From contig OZ361257.1 of NCBI GenBank assembly GCA_977018835.1, positions 930,001 to 994,000 of the forward strand: 64,000 nucleotides of DNA. Reading direction: 5' to 3'. The position numbers and the translations under genes were made by a program. How positions within the stretch are numbered: position 1 is the first letter of the stretch; each line of letters begins with the position of its first letter. This stretch comes from Minutocellus sp. GHC0000111. Lineage: Eukaryota. Below, in pieces: positions 57,514-64,000 of this stretch. The notes beneath the pieces are model-generated. The model saw only the letters and a list, made by a program, of their open reading frames with translations. It was not told where the DNA came from and made no database searches.

Positions 57514-58638
57514 TCAGCGGCCTTTATTGATGCCGGCAGAAGGTATGATCGATAACGGATAGATTGGTAGCCCTTCTGCAAGCTCCTCCCCCTTCAATTC
57601 GTGCCCACATGCCCTAATTTTCGTCGAGCCATCTGGCATGGCGCTTTGCTGGTATCGGAGCACAAGCGGTACACCAGTCTGTATCTTCATTTGCTCCAAC
57701 TTCTTCAGCTTTATCGGATCGTTCTCCACTTGACATATGATGCCAATCAGCGCTCTGAGGCTGTTGGCGTGAGCTACAACCAACCCGGTGCCACCTTCTA
57801 TTGGGATGTTGTCACTTTGAGAGTCCACACGAATATCAACCGCTCGATCAAGCGTCGGGGTCAAGACCTCATCCAGGAACGGCTGTATCCTGTTTCTGGC
57901 GACCATTTCCAGGCTTTCTCCCCGAGGGACATTGTCCGCACCACCGCAGTAGTGACCAAACATTCGAATCTCTTCTTGGCGCCGAGGATCATCGTCATCC
58001 AATAATGGTGGTACCGCATACCAGCCACGTCTCCAACCTTCCACGTCATTGGGATCATGGCCGTACAGCCCGGCCTCTACATCTGCCTTGACGAATCCCT
58101 GAAGGGCCCCATAATGCCTTTCATTGAGGCGATAGTCCGACACAAACTTGGCAGGCTGAACACCCGAGGGCATATCCCCATACGCCCAAACACATTCATG
58201 CGCCGTCAGTCGGGCCCGCTGCAGTATGGACGTAAAGCACGCGTCAATGCCAAAGGGGTACGTTGCTGCCAACAGTTGTGCGGTCATGGATGCCTCATTG
58301 ACACCGCGAGGCGACAGTTCGACATCCGTCCAACCCGTGAAGGTTTCCGAAAAGCCGGGATGGCCACCGTTCCAGATGGAGTCGCCGTGTCGGCACAGGA
58401 TCAGCGTGTGGGTGCGCGTGTTTGCGTCGAGAGCGAGAGAGGGAGATTCGCTCACTTCATGCTCAATATCGGAGACGGGGACAGGTTCGACAACAGCCTT
58501 TGATGATTTGAGCAACGGAGGCCGGGTACGCAGATCATGTCCATCATTACATGTAGGAGTTTGAGCTTTTGTAACGAAACATGTGGCTCCTGGGAACAAC
58601 AGCAGCAGCAACGGCACGATGAAACCAAAAGTCGTCAT
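57514..58638 (-). CDS. PGAM: 2,3-BPG-dependent phosphoglycerate mutase, probably plastid-targeted
   Basis: LCRHGDSIWN, FTGWTDVELS, RLNERHYGALQG, VAHANSLRAL. Leader ends ATC-FV. Confidence 0.93.
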   Translation of the reverse strand: MTTFGFIVPLLLLLFPGATCFVTKAQTPTCNDGHDLRTRPPLLKSSKAVVEPVPVSDIEHEVSESPSLALDANTRTHTLILCRHGDSIWNGGHPGFSETFTGWTDVELSPRGVNEASMTAQLLAATYPFGIDACFTSILQRARLTAHECVWAYGDMPSGVQPAKFVSDYRLNERHYGALQGFVKADVEAGLYGHDPNDVEGWRRGWYAVPPLLDDDDPRRQEEIRMFGHYCGGADNVPRGESLEMVARNRIQPFLDEVLTPTLDRAVDIRVDSQSDNIPIEGGTGLVVAHANSLRALIGIICQVENDPIKLKKLEQMKIQTGVPLVLRYQQSAMPDGSTKIRACGHELKGEELAEGLPIYPLSIIPSAGINKGR

Positions 58639-58722
58639 TTTGAGCGAGGTGAGAATGAGGTGATTTGCAGGCTAGAGATCCCTAAACGCAGTCAGCAAGA
58701 GCGAGCCACGCATTCGCCACCC

Positions 58723-58798
58723 GTGGAAAATGCCGACTAATATGCAATGCTAACTCGTGTGTGGAAAATGCCGACTAATATGCAATGCTAACTCGTGT
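58723..58798. repeat. Perfect 38-bp tandem duplication
   Basis: GTGGAAAATGCCGACTAATATGCAATGCTAACTCGTGT at 58723 and 58761. Confidence 0.95.
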
Positions 58799-58946
58799 GT
58801 GACAAGATGGTGCCATGTCAAATCGAAAGCGGATCAAACTTCTCGCGAACTTCGCCTGACCACTGACCACCCAGTAAGAGATACTCGTGGAGGAGAGAGG
58901 ATCATCGCCCACCGTTCAGCAAGTACTATTACATAAGCTGTGTATA

Positions 58947-60048
58947 ATGTATTCTCTTCGGCGGTTACATCGCCATCTCTCGACTTCTCAAGCATTACAT
59001 GTATCGTTCAGGACTGCTAAGAATTCTCATCTGCTCCTCCGACATCGGCAGCAGCATTCCGATGTCTTTAGGTCCAATGCATGCACGTTGACGAGGCCAA
59101 AGTGGACCTTTCAACAACAGTGGCGGTACAAATCTTCCAGGAGATATAAATCTACGACAAACCATGTGGAGGAAGAAATGGCATCATCCGTATCAGAAGG
59201 TGCCGCTTCGTCTGCTGCAAGTACAACAGCAGCTCCAATGCCCACACCGCAACAACTCAAGAATGTACTTTTTACGTGCGGCAATTCCAATGCTTGGATT
59301 TTCTTTCACAGACCTTACGGTCATGTTGCATGCAGGCAATGCCATTGATTGTACGTTGGGTGTGACCCTTGGACTCTCGACGTTGACAGCGGCGGCGATG
59401 GGCCAGTTCTTCTCAAACTCGAGCGGAGTGCTTTTTGGTGGTGCACTGAAACGACTTGCCAGCTTCTGTGGAATCCCTTCGACTGGCTTATCAGCAGCTC
59501 AACGATCCCTTCCGATAGTGAAACGCCTCAATTTATTTGGCGCACTTGCAGGAGTTTGGTTGGGATGTACCCTAGGTCTCTGCAATTTGTTCATTATTGA
59601 TACCGAGCGTTCTCCCATCCTCAAGCTAAGAGCATTCAGCGCGGATAATGAATTTGCCTATCATATCGAGGTCTCCAATGCAGACAGAAATGATGCCACT
59701 GTCTTGACAATACGAGGTCCAAATGTTGATGGTGTATTGGCATCTCTTACTTCTACTTTGGCTGCCAGCGGCTTTTCACTAGTTGAGCTCATAGCCAAGC
59801 AAACAGATGATGACAATTGCATTGAAGATGTGTTTATAATAACAAAGCACGGCGTTCGCGTACCGGATAACGAATTGGACGGCATGGCCACGGCCTTATT
59901 GAATGCCACTCGATCTCCTCTGAATGCCTACGTATTCAGAGAAAGGGTTCAAACTCTGGAGGAAGAGAATTTAGAGCTTCGTTCGAGAGTGCAAAAGCTC
60001 GAAGGCGTCGTGAGGAGTCGACAAGTTGACATCGTACGATCCAACTGA
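58947..60048 (+). CDS. TMEM65-domain protein with C-terminal ACT-like domain, probably mitochondrial; frameshift ~59260
   Basis: Arg/Ser-rich leader; AAIPMLGFSFTDLTVMLHAGNAIDCTLGVTLGLSTLTAAAMGQ; TVLTIRGPNVDGVLASLT..IEDVFII. Confidence 0.8.
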
Positions 60049-60333
60049 AGATATTTATTTAATGCCTCCCTCCCCTTGGTTGAATGCAAATGGTCTAATG
60101 TACTCTAGCTAGACTGTATATAGATAGATATGTATCAAATCTTTTTTGAGATGAGGAAAGACGTTTTGTGGAGATGATACGTAGCTAGAAGCATGATCGA
60201 AGGCGGGAGAAAACATAATGAAGGGTCGATCAACTACGTAGTCTACGCAACTAAAGATGTGCACACCAATATAAAGGAATTTTCAAGGTACAGTATATCT
60301 ATTTTACTTTCACCCAAACGTTGGTTACTTAGT

Positions 60334-60744
60334 TTATGCGTCCTCCTCAGCACGGAGCTTGGCGGCGGCGTTGGTAACGCGGATGGCGAGCTGCTCGGCC
60401 CTCTCGATGATGTCCCGGCGGACACGGGTGGAGACGGAGTGGGCGACGGTGGCGGCGTAGGTACGGTTGTGCATCATGAGCATCTCGAGCTCGGCGACGT
60501 TGGAGACGACGACGGACTTGAAGCCGTTGGGGTGGATGTTGCGGGTCTTCTTGTCGGAGCCATAGCCGATGGAGGGCATGGGGATGGCACCCTTGAAGCG
60601 ACGGCGGACGCGTCCATCAATACCCTTGGGCTTCCTCCAGGAGGAGTTGCGGATGCGGATGAACTGGTCCGACTGATGCCGGGCGAACTTCTTGGTTCGC
60701 TTCTTGACGACAGTCTTCTTGTTGAGGGGGGTGGGTCCGGCCAT
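60334..60744 (-). CDS. RPL32: 60S ribosomal protein L32 (eL32)
   Basis: [39 protein letters not shown]. Confidence 0.97.
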   Translation of the reverse strand: MAGPTPLNKKTVVKKRTKKFARHQSDQFIRIRNSSWRKPKGIDGRVRRRFKGAIPMPSIGYGSDKKTRNIHPNGFKSVVVSNVAELEMLMMHNRTYAATVAHSVSTRVRRDIIERAEQLAIRVTNAAAKLRAEEDA

Positions 60745-61561
60745 GGTGAAAATGTGTGACCTGAATATTGGGACAGAAAAAAGAGAGGACAAAGATGAGT
60801 GAGTGACTTGTACGCATGCATGTGAGAATTCCTTTCTGCTCCCATCATTCCTGTAATGCAACTCCATCTCCTGCTGGATCGCCTGCACAAGCCACCGCGC
60901 AACGCAACAGCGTGACCGTGCGTGCCACCGTGCTTGCCTCCGAGACAGCAGGAACCACAGGGACTCTCTCCACCTCGTCGCGACGTTCAAACCAAGCGGG
61001 ATAGCAGCTTCCCTCATTCCGAACCGACGATCAACACATGTGAGCATGCCCAAGCCGCCAATCTCTCTCACAGCCGTCGCTGTATGCGGCGTCGATATAG
61101 AGAGTGGCAACTTGCGTCGCATCGGCACGGAAGTACGGGGAGGATGGAGAGGAACGGACGACAGGACAAATCGAGGGGGGGACGAGCACGTCGGGAAACC
61201 GAAGTCTGAACCTTGCGCGATCGCCATTCATCCCGCCGCTCCTAGCCAACACCCACAACGCAATATCTTCCATCCGCAAACACAACGATTCATCTGTTCT
61301 CATTCAACGAGCAGCGCGCCCGAGGGCCACCATCGTTCCACACACCTTGCAAATTGGGCAGAGTGGAAACGCAAAACAGGGTCTAACAGGTTCTGAGCTC
61401 AAAGGCAACACTTTAATCGATAGCTAGGGAGTTGACGCACCCGGAGGGAAATTTTAGTAACACGGTATTCTGAGCTTTCCGAATGATGCGGCACGTCAAA
61501 CTTTCGATGAGACTGCATGCATTTGCGAAACCTACGAGCTCGTACCTCGCAAGCAACCAAC

Positions 61562-62266
61562 ATGACCTCCTCCATCGATCTTCTCGACGAATGCATCGCC
61601 GACCTTGAGGCCAAGCTCAATTTGAGCCCCGGGGAGGCCCTTCCGGCGTCTGCTTCTGGCGGCAAGAAGCAGCAAAAGAAGAAGGACAAGAAGCAGGGTG
61701 GTGGTCAGAAGGCCAAGCCGCCCAAGAAGCAAAAGGGCAACGCAGCCAACGACGACCAGCCGGATATTTGCAAGCTGGAGTTCAAGGTTGGACAGATCAC
61801 GAGGGTATGGACCCATCCCGACGCCGACAAACTTTACTGCGAAGAGATCGAATGCGGCGAACCGGAACCGCGTCAGATTGCGTCAGGCCTCCGACCTTAC
61901 TACACTGAGGAGCAGATGCTGAACCACAGACTGTTGGTGGTGAGCAACCTCAAGGCGAAGAATCTGGTCGGCTTCAAGTCGCACGGTATGGTGCTCTGTG
62001 CGGCAGAACCCAACGAGGATGGTAGTGAGAACGTCAAGTTCGTGGAACCGCCAGCCGATGCGCCACTTGGAGAGGTCATCACCTTTGAAGGTTTGCCGAC
62101 GCCCGAGCCATTCAGCGGGGCACAAGTGGAGAAGAAGAAGGTCTTCAAGGCTTGCTTGCCGGGTATGAAGACCACCGATGAAGGCCTGGCTGCGTGGGAT
62201 GGGCATGTCTTTATGACCTCGGCAGGACCGTGTAAGACGTCGATCAAGGGTGGGGTGATGCGATAG
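61562..62266 (+). CDS. EMAPII-like tRNA-binding protein (Arc1p/AIMP1-like)
   Basis: KVGQI..HPDADKLYCEEI..RQIASGL..SNLKAKNLVGFKSHGMVLCA. Confidence 0.9.
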   Translation: MTSSIDLLDECIADLEAKLNLSPGEALPASASGGKKQQKKKDKKQGGGQKAKPPKKQKGNAANDDQPDICKLEFKVGQITRVWTHPDADKLYCEEIECGEPEPRQIASGLRPYYTEEQMLNHRLLVVSNLKAKNLVGFKSHGMVLCAAEPNEDGSENVKFVEPPADAPLGEVITFEGLPTPEPFSGAQVEKKKVFKACLPGMKTTDEGLAAWDGHVFMTSAGPCKTSIKGGVMR

Positions 62267-62448
62267 ATTTAATACCGGTACTAGCTGGCTAGGATCCCTA
62301 TGGTATGGATCGACATGCAGACAATCCGTGCGCAGCCAGAGTGATTAATTGAACTGCTGCTTAGCCGACCTCCCGAGAGTTTGCAAGTTACATGCAAGTT
62401 AAATATACTAGATTTATATAACTTTATAAAAGTAACCATTGCATTCAC

Positions 62449-64000
62449 CTAACTAATATCAGTACAAGTATCGGCTCCGGGTCCTCCAGCGACAATCGGG
62501 GGTAGCGTTCCCAGTCCATTTAGACTTGAATGATGGCAACTTTGACCCTGCTGCTGCTTTTCTTCTTGCATGCGAATCTTTGATACAGTGATAGCGGCGA
62601 GGCGCTGCAACTTATTAAGCAGTTCATCAAAAAGATCGATACTTGGCAATAGGAAAGCTTCCTCGCCGCCCCCACTTACATCTCCCCTGGCGGCTCTCTC
62701 GCGCAAGACCTTTTGCTCCTCCAAGAACAAGGCAACGCGACGATGGGCCGAAAATACATCTCTTTTGAGGCGCTCGACATTTTCTCCGAGGGTTTTCTCC
62801 TCATCTTCCTCCTCTGATAAAATGTCTTCCAAGACGGCGTCATCATCTCTCCGCGAAGATTCTATCAAAGACATGATGCACGATGACTTGAAAAGCAATC
62901 TCTCTGCGTCATCCCAAGACGAGGACTGAGCAATGTGCCTGATTCTGCCCAAAATTACATCATCTTGTCGCCCTTGAGACAAAATTGCATGCTGCGAATG
63001 TAAAATTAACTCCCGAAACTCGCTAACATCGACCCCGAGACGAATGATTTGAGAAATGGCCGCTGATGAAGAAGTTGCCTCGGCGCCCACCCATCCTTTT
63101 TGGTTGAATAACGTTGCCGGATTTGCGACGATGGATCGAGCACCACCGCGAGTTTTCATAAGATTCAATAACGGGTCTACCGCCAGCGAAGTAGTCCGAC
63201 CCCACCTAGCCGCGCTTTCGTCAGACCCAATGAGCTCGGAATGTTCCATTCCACTATTATCAAAACATCGTACAATTCGTTCGCCGATGGCTGATACCCA
63301 ACGGCTACAGGTAGCCCGTGGATCCGCTACAGTAGCAGGTGCCGAGGATAAACCGGTCATCGACGGCGGTGGCACACGAAAAATGTGATTTAATCCAGAG
63401 GGACAAACGATTTCAATGCATTGGGCACATTTGATAAAGGATTACTCGACTGTGGATCGGATTCCACCAGCAGTGTGGATGAAAGCTGTATTATGTGGTG
63501 TCGTCCAATGCGCTGAGTGTGTGGGAGACTATGAGATGGGCCAAAATGAACAGATTTTGATGCTGTCGAGCTTCTTGGTGGTGTGGCAAGGTAACTTGTA
63601 GATTGGCCACCAATGTGATGATACGATCCTCCTTCCTCTTCTACTGGGACCATTCCACTTGCTGTTGTTTTCATCCGTGTGACCCAAAAAAGACAATCCT
63701 CAGTAAGTACGCAGTGAACTGACTTCCATACGTTGTAGTCACGATCGGATCGTTTGAGGAGATATCCGCACATAGAATTGTTATCATTCAGAGATGCCAT
63801 GTAGCGAGAAAGCATGGCCAAACGATGTCGTTCATCTGATAAAGAGGCGTTTGAAGGACCTGTGGTGCCGGGTCCACGTCGACGATAGGGTTTGGCATCT
63901 CGAAGCTCTGCCGGTCCCTTAGACCACCAACGTTCCACTTTAGCACGGTCACCTTCGGATTCGTCTTGTTGCTTCTGTGGTTCGGACAGATCACTGCGTC
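62449..64000 (-). CDS. 3' part of a PH-domain protein (frameshift ~63390-63420)
   Basis: CGYLLKRSDRDYNVWKSVHCVLTEDCLFW, followed by a helical domain in ORF 62449-63375; no start within the window. Confidence 0.65.

Noticed and set aside
60745..61227. N-terminal extension of RPL32
   Set aside because: eL32 similarity starts at MAGPT (60744). The upstream sequence has a pyrimidine tract and CAG typical of a 5'-UTR intron.
1499..63938. Genome-wide Euplotes-style programmed frameshifting
   Set aside because: The shifts go in both directions and share no stop-adjacent motif; homopolymer or small-indel errors explain them better.

Overview
Gene-dense eukaryotic nuclear DNA, probably from a diatom or related stramenopile. 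This is inferred from short GT-AG introns of ~110-260 bp, signal-peptide + 'AF' bipartite plastid presequences, and RPL21/RPL32. About 30 protein genes are supported, including CIA1, an NCBP3-domain protein, a WRN-type exonuclease, AlaX, RPL21, two VOC/glyoxalases, a bestrophin, a GRAM-VASt protein, TPI, a TrmA/RlmD methylase, DJ-1/PfpI, a 4-exon TSC2-like RapGAP, a JmjC protein, RMT2, NUP50, dPGM, TMEM65-ACT, RPL32 and an EMAPII/Arc1p-like protein. Mobile DNA comprises a 5'-truncated LINE with an 11-bp TSD, a (CAC)n tail and a four-hairpin 3' UTR, a 1.56-kb non-autonomous TIR element, and a decayed internally triplicated element. Other signals are a candidate C/D snoRNA, a recurrent intergenic CTAG/TACGTA palindrome family, a (TTAGGG)2 at a splice acceptor and an in-frame TGA in the JmjC gene. 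About a dozen frameshifts, in both directions and often in homopolymers, suggest consensus errors. All calls are by eye from motifs; no database search was run. No single clearly novel multi-gene system was established.
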